From assembly GCA_963749915.1 (NCBI GenBank), contig CAVVOP010000005.1:320001-384000 (forward strand): a DNA stretch of 64,000 bases, read 5' to 3'. The notes under the pieces are model-generated. The model was not told the origin of the DNA. It saw only the letters and a list, made by a program, of their open reading frames with translations, and ran no database searches. Position numbers and translations under genes: made by a program. This DNA comes from an uncultured cyanobacterium (GTDB lineage: Bacteria; Cyanobacteriota; Cyanobacteriia; Cyanobacteriales; Cyanobacteriaceae). The stretch's first letter is position 1. The number at the start of each line of letters is the position of its first letter. Below are positions 20,199-30,816 of this stretch, in pieces.

Positions 20199-20863
20199 TT
20201 TTTTAATAAATTCTCTGTCAAAATCGCTAATTTTTCCAACTCTTTTTCTAGTGATTTCGCCTTTTTTTCGTGTTCTCGTTTCCGTTTTATCGCCTCCCTT
20301 GCCAAATCATCTCGATTATTTTGTATCGCCTTAATAGCTACTTTTTCCCATATATTAATTTCATCTAAATTTTGGCGATATTGAGGTTGAATTTGATCCC
20401 AAACCGTTCTAATTTGATCTAAAGCTGTATTAACCATATTTTGATTATTAACATGATCAAATCCTTGAAAAGCCCGTTTAAGAGGATCTAACAACTTAAA
20501 AGTATCCAATTTATTAATAGCAGGAATAAAATCTTTTATCTGTTGACTCTCATTAATGCCCGTTTTACACCATGTCGCAAAATGTTCACAATTATTAAAC
20601 AACAAATTATACTTATTTTCCCCTAAACGACTAAAAGCACGTTTTACGGCTACTTCGGGAATAAAAGAAAAACCAGCCGGATATTGACGTGAATAAACTC
20701 GATTACCTTTACTAAAAATGTCAAAAGAAGTTTGCTCAATAATTTCACTTGGTTTACGATAATGAATAACACTACCATCACCAATGTCAATGCCGTGATG
20801 TTGATAAATACCATCTAAATTAGCCAACTCACGCCACACATAAATTTGATCTCCGAATGCCAT
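20195..20863 (-). CDS. LRAT/NlpC-P60 domain protein with C-terminal PspA/IM30-like coiled coil
   Basis: HHGI, VIHY and YNLLFNNCEHFA, followed by WEKVAIKAIQNNRDDLAREAIKRK. Confidence 0.85.
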   Translation of the reverse strand: MAFGDQIYVWRELANLDGIYQHHGIDIGDGSVIHYRKPSEIIEQTSFDIFSKGNRVYSRQYPAGFSFIPEVAVKRAFSRLGENKYNLLFNNCEHFATWCKTGINESQQIKDFIPAINKLDTFKLLDPLKRAFQGFDHVNNQNMVNTALDQIRTVWDQIQPQYRQNLDEINIWEKVAIKAIQNNRDDLAREAIKRKREHEKKAKSLEKELEKLAILTENLLKN

Positions 20864-20945
20864 ACACTTAATTGATAATGAAGGGAACAGGGAATAGGGA
20901 AAAGGCAACAGTATAAACTTGTCGTTAATTGTTAATTGTTAATTG

Positions 20946-21662
20946 TTAATTATTAATTGCCATAATAGAATTATAAGCCTGTTGGGCTGCGGCCTGTTGA
21001 GAGGCTTTTTTCGTAGCACCCTTTCCTGTACCTAATAATTTGTCCTGCAACCAGACTTCAGCAGTAAAACGCTCATTTTCATCATCTAAAATCTCGTTTT
21101 GTTTTACATTATAAGTAGGTAACAATTTATATTGACTTTGACTCCATTCTTGTAAAGCATCTTTATAATTTTCCCTAGCAGGATCGGCGTGTACTTGAGC
21201 AGCTTTTTCTTGTAAGATGGGATCAAGCCAAGGGCGTACTAATGTCATGTTTTTTGTACTTTCATATAATGCCCCTAATACTGCCTCAAAAGCATCCGCT
21301 AGACGGGACATTTTGCCCAGTTTATCATTTCTTACCCCCGGTGTCATCAAAAGGTATAATTCAAAACTGTATTCTTCCGCAACTTCTGCTAAAAAACGAT
21401 CGCTGACGATGATAGATCTAATAGCCGCAAATTCCCCCACGGGTAGATGAGGATAAGTTTCTAAAAGTAATTCCGCAGAAGCAAGACGAATAACGGCATC
21501 TCCCACAAATTCCAAATGTTCGTAGTTATGGGTTTGAGAGATACTAGGATGGGTTAAAGCTAAGTCTAATAATGACCAATTGACTGCGGATATGTCTTTT
21601 AAACCCAGTTTCTCTAGTAATTTTAGCAGTTCTCGTTTTCGTCTTTGATCTTGAATGGGCAT
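20946..21662 (-). CDS. rnc: Ribonuclease III
   Basis: Motifs ALTHPS, EHLEFVGDAV, ADAFEAVLGALY and a C-terminal dsRBD. Confidence 0.95.
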   Translation of the reverse strand: MPIQDQRRKRELLKLLEKLGLKDISAVNWSLLDLALTHPSISQTHNYEHLEFVGDAVIRLASAELLLETYPHLPVGEFAAIRSIIVSDRFLAEVAEEYSFELYLLMTPGVRNDKLGKMSRLADAFEAVLGALYESTKNMTLVRPWLDPILQEKAAQVHADPARENYKDALQEWSQSQYKLLPTYNVKQNEILDDENERFTAEVWLQDKLLGTGKGATKKASQQAAAQQAYNSIMAINN

Positions 21663-21716
21663 ATCAAGTATTAAGTAATAAATAATACGGAAAGGGTGAT
21701 AGGGAATAATTGTTCA

Positions 21717-22700
21717 TTATTCATTGTTCATTGTTTTTAATGCTTGACGCACAATATCTGAACCACCATTAAAAGTGTTGCCATTTTCGGACAGGTATCG
21801 TTTCCACAGTTTTGTCCCGGGTTGTTTAGCAAAAATTTGCAACAGGTGACGCATTATAGTGTTTAATTTTAGTTTCTCAGTAGTCCAAAAGTCAATATAA
21901 GGATAAAGAGATTCTATAATTTCTTTTCTGGTTAGGACGGGATAATCTTCTCCGTAAATTTCTTGGTCAATAAAGGCAAAAAGATAGGGATTATCATAGG
22001 CCGCCCGACCAATCATGACGCCATCCACAAAATTAAGGTGCTGTTTTATTTCTTCTGTGGTGTTGATACCGCCATTAATTTCGATGGTGAGATGGGGAAA
22101 GTCTTGCTTGAGTTGATAGACCTCTTGATAACGCAGGGGTGGAATTTCACGGTTTTCTTTTGGGCTTAAACCTTGTAACCATGCCTTTCTTGCGTGGATA
22201 ATAAATCTTTGACAACCACTATCAGCGATAGTCTTAACAAAGTTTTTCATGTCTTCATAACTGTCTTGGTTATCAATGCCGATGCGGTGTTTAATGGTAA
22301 CGGGTATTTCCACGGCTTTTTGCATTGCCTCCACGCACTGTGCCACAATTTCTGGTCTTGCCATTAAACAAGCCCCAAAGTTGGCATTTTGTACTCTTGA
22401 ACTGGGGCAGCCGACGTTAAGATTAATTTCATCATAGCCCCAATCTTCGCCGATTCTGGAACATTTCGCCAATTCTTGGGGATTATCTCCCCCTAATTGC
22501 AAGGATACGGGTTTTTCTTTCTCCGAAAAATCTAATAGTTTGTGGCGATCGCCGTGTATGATAGCTTGAGTCGTAATCATCTCCGTATAAAGTAGAGTTT
22601 TTTTTGTCATTTGACGGATAACATAGCGAAAGTGTCTATCTGTGTAATCCATCATTGGAGCAACGCTAATAATGGGAGGTTGAATCGCATTAATAGTCAT
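21717..22700 (-). CDS. dusA: tRNA dihydrouridine(20/20a) synthase
   Basis: Motifs APMMDYTDRH, NLNVGCPS and HARKAWLQGLSPKENREIPPL. Confidence 0.96.
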   Translation of the reverse strand: MTINAIQPPIISVAPMMDYTDRHFRYVIRQMTKKTLLYTEMITTQAIIHGDRHKLLDFSEKEKPVSLQLGGDNPQELAKCSRIGEDWGYDEINLNVGCPSSRVQNANFGACLMARPEIVAQCVEAMQKAVEIPVTIKHRIGIDNQDSYEDMKNFVKTIADSGCQRFIIHARKAWLQGLSPKENREIPPLRYQEVYQLKQDFPHLTIEINGGINTTEEIKQHLNFVDGVMIGRAAYDNPYLFAFIDQEIYGEDYPVLTRKEIIESLYPYIDFWTTEKLKLNTIMRHLLQIFAKQPGTKLWKRYLSENGNTFNGGSDIVRQALKTMNNE

Positions 22701-22778
22701 AAAATTGGGCTGGTAAAATAATTTAATTCAGAGCAACTTAAGAGTTAAAATTGACATTGTGCAAATACAGGAAAAAAG

Positions 22779-23159
22779 ATGTCTAGTATTGAGAAACTAA
22801 AACCTGCCACTAAAGCCGATACTCTCATGTATCAACCTTACTATGGAAAAGAAGAACAGGAAATATTACCCTATGCTTTAAGTCTATATCAACAGGGATA
22901 CCTTGAAGGGGAAAGAATTATTGAAGGGGAAGAAGCGAATATTCCCTTTGTTGCCACTTGGTATGTATCTCGTTTGCCCGCGGAAATAACTCGTTGTCGT
23001 ATTCAATTTGACGGTAGTGCAGATTTGAGTTATGAGATGAACATGTCTAATTCTGAATTTGTACAATTTATTATTTCACTCATCAAAGACTTTAAAGAAT
23101 CCCACCAAACGGATTTTTCTCAAAAATTCTATCGTAAACTTTTACGCCTCGACGACTAA
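22779..23159 (+). CDS. ebsA: Type IV pilus/biofilm protein EbsA
   Basis: Motifs LPYALSLYQQG.LEGER.IEG, IPFVATW and RCRIQFDG.ADLSYE. Confidence 0.85.
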   Translation: MSSIEKLKPATKADTLMYQPYYGKEEQEILPYALSLYQQGYLEGERIIEGEEANIPFVATWYVSRLPAEITRCRIQFDGSADLSYEMNMSNSEFVQFIISLIKDFKESHQTDFSQKFYRKLLRLDD

Positions 23160-23277
23160 AGCAATGAGTAATGATTATCAGCAATTATTTTCTGTTGCTT
23201 AATCCTCAAATCTTCAAAGTGGTCAGATTTCTATTAATCATTTAAACTAAGTAAAGTTACAAAACTTAATTAATGTT

Positions 23278-23349
23278 GAGGCTGTAGTTCAATGGATAGA
23301 ACAAGAACCTCCTAAGTTCTAAATAACGGTTCAACTCCGTTCAGTCTCG
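23278..23349 (+). tRNA. trnR: tRNA-Arg(CCT)
   Basis: Acceptor GAGGCTG/CAGTCTC, D stem GTTC/GAAC, anticodon stem AGAAC/GTTCT around CTCCTAA, T arm AACGG-TTCAACT-CCGTT. CCA not encoded. Confidence 0.92.
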
Positions 23350-23369
23350 CTTTGAGGCAACAGACTAGT

Positions 23370-23537
23370 CAATACTGTTCGGTTAGTGCGATTCCATTAG
23401 TGAGAAGTTAAATAAATGAGTAAAAAGTCAAGATTAAAGTAATAAAAGCTGTGGGGGCGACAATACTCTTCAATATAAGATATAACAAGGGATTAAAGAC
23501 GTTACCCTCAAAAAAGATCATCTTATTCAGACTATTG
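23370..23537. mobile_element. Older MITE of the CAATAC-ended family
   Basis: Starts CAATACTGTTCGG, the same 13 bp as the reverse complement of the right end of the 8360 element. Ends CAGACTATTG. Flanks ACAGACTAGT and TAATACTAGT match at 7/10. Confidence 0.6.
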
Positions 23538-23646
23538 TAATACTAGTATTGATTGTTATGTTTATATTGCCTCATTTGTATCAAGAAAATTTGAAAAAAC
23601 AATAAAATCTAATTCGGTTCGACTATCCCCAGCAGTTTGATTTCTC

Positions 23647-23752
23647 CTAGTGGTCTGTCAAGATAGTTTTGAGGGACTGGGAACGGATAATTTTGGATTT
23701 TGGATTTTGGAGAATTGTTTTATCCCTCATTTCAAAATTGGCAGACCACTAG
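23647..23752. mobile_element. 106-bp IS630-type MITE
   Basis: About 30-bp imperfect inverted repeats CTAGTGGTCTG[T/C]CAA...TGAGGGA, resembling the IS630 end at 10162. Confidence 0.85.
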
Positions 23753-23764
23753 CTTGAAGTAACA

Positions 23765-24502
23765 TTAATTATTGCCCTTATTGTGTTTTTCGGGAAAGAG
23801 GGTAAATAATAATTTATTAATATAAACTTGCCCCACTACGGTGTTAACTTGGGGAGTGTTTTCTTCCCAAACATCCTTGTCCAGGATTTGCGTGTCAGTT
23901 TCTCGATTTTCTTTGACCCCTGGAGTGGGGGGTTTTTGCTCATTTTCTTGTATATTATCTTCTGTAAAATCGGCAATTTCTTGATTTTCTGTATCGGATA
24001 AATGGTGATTATTTTCTGCTGTTACCGGAGGATTCTCGGGGTCTGTTTTCTGGGAAAAGCCATTTTTAATGCCGTCAATAATCGTTTGAGTATGAGAGTG
24101 TGCAGTCTCCGATGTGGAATTTATGACTTCTTCTTCCCTCAAATTAACTTGTCGGGAGCGATCGCCAATAATTGAGCCGGCGGGAATAACGCTCATGGGC
24201 TCAATATTAGCATGATAAACCGTAACGGAGGCCCCCAGAGAAACCTGAGAGCCAACAATACAATTACCTAAAACTAAAGTACCCGATCCCAAAATAGCAT
24301 TTTCCTTAATTTCGACATTTCCATCATAGGCGGTAATAATAGTACCCATTCCCAAACAAACCCCAGCCCGAATAATGATTTTATATCCTTGAGTGGCATT
24401 CAAAATTACCCCAGAGGCGATCATAGCACTTCCATCAATGGTCACATCCCCCCGTATTTGGGTTGTATCTATAGAACTGGTTCGAAGAATGGGTAAGGGC
24501 AT
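23765..24502 (-). CDS. ccmN: Carboxysome assembly protein CcmN
   Basis: Hexapeptide-repeat N-terminus and encapsulation peptide VVGQVYINKLLFTLFP. Follows ccmM. Confidence 0.92.
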   Translation of the reverse strand: MPLPILRTSSIDTTQIRGDVTIDGSAMIASGVILNATQGYKIIIRAGVCLGMGTIITAYDGNVEIKENAILGSGTLVLGNCIVGSQVSLGASVTVYHANIEPMSVIPAGSIIGDRSRQVNLREEEVINSTSETAHSHTQTIIDGIKNGFSQKTDPENPPVTAENNHHLSDTENQEIADFTEDNIQENEQKPPTPGVKENRETDTQILDKDVWEENTPQVNTVVGQVYINKLLFTLFPEKHNKGNN

Positions 24503-24539
24503 GAGTTCGGAGTTTGCAATAGGGGAGGACAGGGGGAAG

Positions 24540-24588
24540 TAATAGGTAATAGGTAATAGGTAATAGGTAATAGGTAATAGGTAATAGG
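24540..24588. repeat. Heptamer tandem repeat (TAATAGG)x7, STRR-type
   Basis: Seven perfect units between ccmM and ccmN. Confidence 0.95.
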
Positions 24589-24663
24589 TCATTCTGGAAC
24601 TGGCATCTTATCTGTCACTCCTAATTCTTAATTTCCCATTACTAATTCCTAATTCCTAATTAA

Positions 24664-26703
24664 TTACGGTCTTTGAATAATGGCTTCTAAAACCCTTCTT
24701 TTTGCTTGGGTGTCAATGCCAATTAAACGGACATATTCACCGCTATGATCTTTTAAACAGCCTTCTAAAGCCGAAATTACTTGACCTTCATTGTTACTCT
24801 CGATAGGAGAACAACTCTGCCAAGATTTAGTTTTGAAATGCCGTAAATCTGCGTGTTCTGTGCCGATACGATAGCCCTGAGATAGTAAAGAACGCACTTG
24901 ATCTAAAGTATTAGCATCGAGGGAACTACTACCGTTTTGAGTATGGGTATAAGCTGTTGCAGTGTTACTCGGCCATCCTCCCGACTCAAGAGACAACGCC
25001 TTCAAGTTGCTATGACTAGTAGAATTAGCATTGCTTGTTGCAGTAGTGGTAGAAGATTGTTTAGCTTGTCCCGGGCGCTGAATAATCATCTCCAACACTC
25101 GACGTTTTGCTTTGGTATCGATACCGATTAAACGGACATATTCACCGCTATGATCTTGAACACAAGCCTCTAAGGCGGAAATTATTTGACCTTCACTCGT
25201 ACCTTTTATTGGTGAGCAACTTTGCCAAGATTTAGTTTTGAAATGACGCACATCTGCGTGTTCAGTGCCTATTTGATAGCCTTGTGATAATAAACTACGA
25301 ACTTGGGCCATCGCTTCACCACTCAAACTACTGTTAACTACAGTTGCACCATTGCCCTGATTTCTGGGGGCTTGATAGCTAGAACCACCGTTACCACTAC
25401 TGCTGATCGTGGCAGTTTCTCCCGGACGTTGAATAATCACTTGAGATACACGACGTTTCGCTTGAGGATCAACTCCCACAAGTTGCACATATTGACCGCT
25501 AAAATCCGCTAAGTAACCTTGAATGGTATTGATAGCCTCATTGACGGATTTAGTCTTCACACTAGGTGCCGTTAACCAAGACTTGGTTTTAAAACGACGG
25601 GCATCGGCATATTCCACACCAATACTATAACCACCTTGAATTAAAGAACGAATTTCGTTAGCTAAATCACCGTTATCGTTACTAACAGGAGGGTGACCAT
25701 GACCATTACCATTTACTTTAGCAGTGTTACCATTACTAGCTTGTACGGGTGCAGGGGCATCCCCCGGACGTTGAATAATGGTTTCGGCTACTCGACGTTT
25801 AGCTTGAGGATCAACCCCAATTAAGCGGACATATTCGCCGTTATATTCATTTAATATATTGCCTAATTCTGTTAAGATTCCGCCTTCACTGGTAGCCTTT
25901 AAAGAAGCAGTTAACCAAGATTTGCTTTTAAAACGACGAGTGTTAGCGTGTTCGATACCAATGGTAAAACCTTGTCTTAACAGGGATTTAACTTGATTGA
26001 TTATATCTGTATTTAAACTCATATTAGTTACTGATTGATAACCATTAGTTTGATTATGGGTTGGGGTTTGCACGGGAGTATTTTCTTGTCTGATGGCATT
26101 AATGCAAGCATTATTTTGCGCACAGTGATAACCCGCCGCTAATGCCTCATTAATATGGACTACATGGGCTGCAAATTCTCGATCTTCAGGTTGAACATTC
26201 GGAAGGCGATCGGCTTGTTGTTGATTAGTAATCACCGAACCTGATGGCACATATTTCCCCGCCGGAATTTCCACATCCTGAATCAGAGCGTGCATCATGA
26301 CAATACAACCATCTCCCACTCTGGCATTAAAAACCGTCGATCGAAAACCAATAAAACACTTCTTACCCACATAGGCAGGACCATGAATTAAGACTAAATG
26401 GGTGATACAAGTATCCTCACCGATCCAAACGGAATAGTCTTGACCATCATCACCTTTTACTCTACCTTGCTCCAGTCCATGAATAACCACCCCATCCTGA
26501 ATGTTACTGCCATCACCAATGTGAAAAGGTGTACCTTCGTCAGCACGAATGGAAGTACCCGGGGCGATTAAAACATTTGCTCCGACTTTCACATCTCCAA
26601 TTAAATTAGAGAAGGAATGAACATAAGCACTATCATCCACTCTCGGTTCAGCCAAATTTTTAGACCAAGGAGTGGGTGGAGCCGCCGTTATAGGGACGCT
26701 CAC
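24664..26703 (-). CDS. ccmM: Carboxysome protein CcmM (gamma-CA domain + four RbcS-like repeats)
   Basis: PPTPWS..LAEP, SIRADEG and four EYV.L.G.D..AKRRV repeats. GTG start with a GGAGG RBS. Probable internal start ATG 26022. Confidence 0.97.
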   Translation of the reverse strand: MSVPITAAPPTPWSKNLAEPRVDDSAYVHSFSNLIGDVKVGANVLIAPGTSIRADEGTPFHIGDGSNIQDGVVIHGLEQGRVKGDDGQDYSVWIGEDTCITHLVLIHGPAYVGKKCFIGFRSTVFNARVGDGCIVMMHALIQDVEIPAGKYVPSGSVITNQQQADRLPNVQPEDREFAAHVVHINEALAAGYHCAQNNACINAIRQENTPVQTPTHNQTNGYQSVTNMSLNTDIINQVKSLLRQGFTIGIEHANTRRFKSKSWLTASLKATSEGGILTELGNILNEYNGEYVRLIGVDPQAKRRVAETIIQRPGDAPAPVQASNGNTAKVNGNGHGHPPVSNDNGDLANEIRSLIQGGYSIGVEYADARRFKTKSWLTAPSVKTKSVNEAINTIQGYLADFSGQYVQLVGVDPQAKRRVSQVIIQRPGETATISSSGNGGSSYQAPRNQGNGATVVNSSLSGEAMAQVRSLLSQGYQIGTEHADVRHFKTKSWQSCSPIKGTSEGQIISALEACVQDHSGEYVRLIGIDTKAKRRVLEMIIQRPGQAKQSSTTTATSNANSTSHSNLKALSLESGGWPSNTATAYTHTQNGSSSLDANTLDQVRSLLSQGYRIGTEHADLRHFKTKSWQSCSPIESNNEGQVISALEGCLKDHSGEYVRLIGIDTQAKRRVLEAIIQRP

Positions 26704-26862
26704 TATAAACCTCCACAATAATTATCTTACTGAATCTTTCAAGGACACTGATTAGGATGTTAAGAATATCTTTAGTAAGTAATGCTTTTGTCCTAATTTG
26801 TCCTCATGGATTGATTTTGTTTTAGTTGTTACAGATTAAAATTAAAATACCAAATAGAGTAT

Positions 26863-27171
26863 TTAATACATTCTTTCTGCATCTTTCTTGCTGTAAAGCA
26901 GATCTGATGTGGTTGTAACTGTATCTATAATGCCCACTACCATAGCATCCACTGGACGTTCTTCATGACCGGTTTCTTTTCGGGCGGCACTGCCACGGGT
27001 GACCAGAACCCATTCATTGATGCCAGCCCCTACAGTGTCCCCTGCTACTTCATAATTCAGTAGCTCATTACCATTAGCATCTAAAAATTGTACTAGCAAT
27101 AATTTGACTCCGGTTAAAGTCCGTGATTTATGGGTACTAACAACTGTACCACATACTTTGGCGATTTGCAT
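26863..27171 (-). CDS. ccmL: Carboxysome vertex protein
   Basis: Motifs MQIAKVCGTVVST, VGAGINEWVLV and DAMVVGIID. Confidence 0.97.
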   Translation of the reverse strand: MQIAKVCGTVVSTHKSRTLTGVKLLLVQFLDANGNELLNYEVAGDTVGAGINEWVLVTRGSAARKETGHEERPVDAMVVGIIDTVTTTSDLLYSKKDAERMY

Positions 27172-27186
27172 TAATTTAATTCCTGA

Positions 27187-27525
27187 TTAAGATCTGCCCA
27201 AAGGACGAGGATTGATACTTTCTCTGAATTGTTCTACTTCTTCGGTGTAACGAATAGGTAATACGTATTCAAGATTTTCATGGGGACGAGCGATAATATG
27301 ATGGGACAAAACTTGACCACCTTTTACTCGTTTAACATTTTCAATACCGGCACTAACAGATGCTTGAACTTCAGAAACATCACCACGAACGATGACAGTT
27401 ACACGACCACTACCGATTTTTTCATAACCCACAAGAGTCACACGGGCGGCTTTAACCATAGCATCGGCCGCTTCAACTACGGCGGGAAACCCTAGAGTTT
27501 CAACCATTCCTACTGCAATTGACAT
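27187..27525 (-). CDS. ccmK1: Carboxysome shell protein CcmK1 (C-terminal extension)
   Basis: BMC domain with a tail [11 protein letters not shown]. Confidence 0.92.
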   Translation of the reverse strand: MSIAVGMVETLGFPAVVEAADAMVKAARVTLVGYEKIGSGRVTVIVRGDVSEVQASVSAGIENVKRVKGGQVLSHHIIARPHENLEYVLPIRYTEEVEQFRESINPRPLGRS

Positions 27526-27631
27526 ATTTTTTTTTGGATATTTTATATTGGAAATTTATAGATCAATAATTGAGAGTTTGATCTCTCTAACTTTGACGAT
27601 GAATTTTAGTCAACTATAAGGGGATGACTAA

Positions 27632-27943
27632 TTAATAACTACGGAATTGTTCTACCTCTTCAGTATAACGAATAGGTAATACATACTCGAGGTTTTCGTG
27701 AGGACGGGCAATGATATGAGTAGAAAGAACTTCTCCTCCCATTACTCTGTTCGCTGACTCAATCCCTGCGGATATTGAGGCCTGAACTTCAGATACATCA
27801 CCACGAATAATAACGGTAACACGACCGCTACCGATTTTTTCATAACCCACAAGAGTTACACGAGCCGCTTTAACCATAGCATCTGCGGCTTCTACTACTG
27901 CTGGAAACCCCAAGGTTTCAATCATTCCTACTGCAATTGACAT
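27632..27943 (-). CDS. ccmK2: Carboxysome shell protein CcmK2
   Basis: BMC domain, 103 aa, ends EQFRSY. First gene of the operon. Confidence 0.92.
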   Translation of the reverse strand: MSIAVGMIETLGFPAVVEAADAMVKAARVTLVGYEKIGSGRVTVIIRGDVSEVQASISAGIESANRVMGGEVLSTHIIARPHENLEYVLPIRYTEEVEQFRSY

Positions 27944-28375
27944 TTTATTTTTCCTTTGATACACTAAACTTACTAAAAATTGAACCCAGAGCCGCGACCA
28001 AAAAAGTTTTTATTTACTCACAATATTTACAGGACTAATAGACCCAGAAAAATTAGTTACTCGTAAAAAAAAATAATAAGTATTTTTACTTTGTTGGTTC
28101 GCCAATTAACTTTGTTTGATTCAAGATATTTTTTAATCTATCTAAAATAAGCATAGACAAGCATGGTAAGTTTGACAAGATAAATGATCATGATATTTAT
28201 TAATCTATTCCTTAATGATTCTTAATAAGTGGCTTTTAGAGTACTAATAAGAAAAGTAAATAGATAATAATAAATAGTTTTTAAATTAACAATACATAAT
28301 TATGAATTGTTAATTACACCCCATAATTTTGTATAATTAGCAAGTTTTATTTACAAAAGTTAAAAATATTTTACT

Positions 28376-29356
28376 ATGGCTATTTTAGTAACAGGTGGTG
28401 CTGGTTATATCGGTTCTCATACAGTTAAACTTCTAAAAAGTAAGGGCTATGATCTCCTAATATTCGATAATTTGGTTTATGGTCATCAGGATATTATCGA
28501 TAAATTAGAGGTCAATTTTATTCATGGTGATTTGAGCGATCGCCCATTGTTAGATAAAATTTTTCAAAAGTACAATATCGAAGCCGTTATCCATTTTGCT
28601 GCCTACGCTTATGTCGGTGAATCCATGGAAAACCCGGCTAAATACTATCGCAATAATATGGTTTCCACCCTTAACTTATTAGAAGCGATGGAGTCAGCCG
28701 GAGTGAAAAATATCGTCTTTTCTTCTACCTGTGCAACTTATGGAATTCCCAACGAAATTCCTATCACTGAAACTCACCCGCAAAATCCTATCAATACTTA
28801 CGGTTATACTAAGCTAGTAGTAGAAAAGATGTTGGCAGATTTTCAAAGGGCTTATGGTTGGGAATATGTAGCTTTTCGTTATTTTAATGCCGCTGGTGCT
28901 TCCGTTGATGGTTTAATCGGAGAGGATCATGATCCTGAACCTCATTTGATTCCTTTAGTTTTATATACTGCATTGGGAAAACGGGATTCCGTCTCTATTT
29001 TAGGGGATGATTACCCCACCCCAGACGGCACTTGTATTCGTGATTATATCCATGTGGAAGATTTAGCCCAAGCACATTTATTAGGGGTGGAATACCTCTT
29101 AAAAGGCGGTAAGAGTAAGGTTTTCAATCTCGGCAATGGAAATGGTTTTTCTGTTAAAGAAGTCATCGAAGCCGCCAAAAAAGTTACGCAAAAAGATTTT
29201 ACCGTGAAAATTGGCGATCGCCGTCCGGGAGATCCACCGATGTTAGTGGGCAGCGGCGAAAAAGCTCGTAAAATTCTCGGTTGGCAACCTCAATATCCAG
29301 ATATTGAAACAATTATTCGTCATGCTTGGCAGTGGCATCAGTCGAGACACAAATAA
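28376..29356 (+). CDS. galE: UDP-glucose 4-epimerase
   Basis: Motifs GGAGYIGSH, YGYTK, RYFNAAGA and DGTCIRDYIHV. Confidence 0.96.
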   Translation: MAILVTGGAGYIGSHTVKLLKSKGYDLLIFDNLVYGHQDIIDKLEVNFIHGDLSDRPLLDKIFQKYNIEAVIHFAAYAYVGESMENPAKYYRNNMVSTLNLLEAMESAGVKNIVFSSTCATYGIPNEIPITETHPQNPINTYGYTKLVVEKMLADFQRAYGWEYVAFRYFNAAGASVDGLIGEDHDPEPHLIPLVLYTALGKRDSVSILGDDYPTPDGTCIRDYIHVEDLAQAHLLGVEYLLKGGKSKVFNLGNGNGFSVKEVIEAAKKVTQKDFTVKIGDRRPGDPPMLVGSGEKARKILGWQPQYPDIETIIRHAWQWHQSRHK

Positions 29357-29389
29357 TTTATTTAAAGTGGATTGTGAATTGCTATATAT

Positions 29390-30064
29390 CTAATTTTCTC
29401 CAATATTCATTAAATAATTTTGGGCTTCTTCCGCTACTGCCACAGATTTATCTTGGGCCAGAATAGTTAAGACTTCTTTTGCCTGTTTACCTCTAAATTT
29501 ACTTAATGCTTGTGCCAAACGGTGACGAATTTGCCAATCGTCATTATTAACAAAGGGAGTTAACAAATTGACGGCACGAATATCTCCTAATTCCCCCAAT
29601 GCACTAATGGCAACAGTTTGCAATAATCCATTATCAGAATGTAAGGCATCGTTGAGTAAATCAAAACCCTCGGGATGCCCTAATTCTCCTAAGGCCGCCA
29701 CAATGCTAAATTGAATTAACCAGTCTGAGGTTTCATAATATACTTTTTTGAGATCTGGAAATGCTTGGGTGAGTCCTAGTCCAGCAATGGCATCGGCGGC
29801 AGCGGCACGAACATCGGATTCAGGATCGTTATATAATCTTTCTAATAGTATTTCTAGGGATTCTTCAAGATTTACGTCTCCTAAAGTGTCTAGTTGAGAA
29901 ATCGCCGCATAACGCACTCTTATATTATTATCCTGAACAATCGGTTTTACTAATTCGTATGCCGTTTCTTTATCTAGTTGTCTTAGTTCATTTATACCTC
30001 GAATGCGATCACCAAAATTTTGAGAATGTATTAATTCTTTGACAGATTCAGGTGTAATAGTCAT
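29390..30064 (-). CDS. nblB: HEAT-repeat phycobilisome degradation protein
   Basis: MTITPESVKELIHS.NFGDR followed by PBS-lyase HEAT repeats. Confidence 0.82.
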   Translation of the reverse strand: MTITPESVKELIHSQNFGDRIRGINELRQLDKETAYELVKPIVQDNNIRVRYAAISQLDTLGDVNLEESLEILLERLYNDPESDVRAAAADAIAGLGLTQAFPDLKKVYYETSDWLIQFSIVAALGELGHPEGFDLLNDALHSDNGLLQTVAISALGELGDIRAVNLLTPFVNNDDWQIRHRLAQALSKFRGKQAKEVLTILAQDKSVAVAEEAQNYLMNIGEN

Positions 30065-30153
30065 CTTTTTTTAGGTGATAATTGATAGTTAATAGTTTTT
30101 ATTGATTATTTGTCATTCAAAATTTTTCTCATAACGGGAATTTTTAAGAATAT

Positions 30154-30612
30154 TTATTCTGATGCCATAGCTCGAATAATGTCACCTTGAGTAATAATAC
30201 CGATTACTACGTCTTGCTCATCTAAAACAGGAAGACGGCGAATTTGTTTATCATGAAGTAGTTGTGCGGCTTTTTTAACGGGTTGATTACCTTTGACGGT
30301 AATAGGTTTCTCACTCATCACATCAGCGACAGTTTGCCCTAACGCTTTATGAATCTCTTTTTCGTAACGTCCGGGATTTTGTAAATAGATGATACTATCT
30401 AAAATCATGATATATGGTGGTGGCTCAACTCCCGTTTCTTGCCACATTAAATCACTCTCAGAAAGTATCCCCACTAATTCTCCTTTCTCATCAATAACGG
30501 GTAATCCACCTATTTTATGTTCAGCTAAAATGGTTATGGCTTCTTTTAAAGGCATCTTTGGTGTAACAGTTATGGGAGTGGGTGTCATTACCTCAGCAAT
30601 GGTTTTATTCAT
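30154..30612 (-). CDS. CBS domain pair protein
   Basis: Two CBS motifs (GLPVID, RRLPVLD). Confidence 0.92.
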   Translation of the reverse strand: MNKTIAEVMTPTPITVTPKMPLKEAITILAEHKIGGLPVIDEKGELVGILSESDLMWQETGVEPPPYIMILDSIIYLQNPGRYEKEIHKALGQTVADVMSEKPITVKGNQPVKKAAQLLHDKQIRRLPVLDEQDVVIGIITQGDIIRAMASE

Positions 30613-30816
30613 GATTTGATTTATTCCAAATTCTTAACACTAGTAATTGTATCAAAATGTACTGTCTGAATTTTTGATTTGTTTCATTTGTTTACTTGGA
30701 TAAGAAAATATGCTATGCAAATATATTTTTCCTTTGCCATTGTTAATTAATTGTTCATTGTTAGATGTTGAGGTACATTAAATAAAGTGATCAAGTTTAG
30801 ATATTAAGGATTCAGG

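Noticed and set aside
24503..24592. YYLLPIT-repeat N-terminal extension of CcmN
   Set aside because: Artefact of the heptamer array. ATG 24502 gives a normal N-terminus.
23753..27964. Absence of ccmO (and of cbiO and mntC at their loci) as gene loss
   Set aside because: These genes are often unlinked in unicellular cyanobacteria, so one window cannot show loss.
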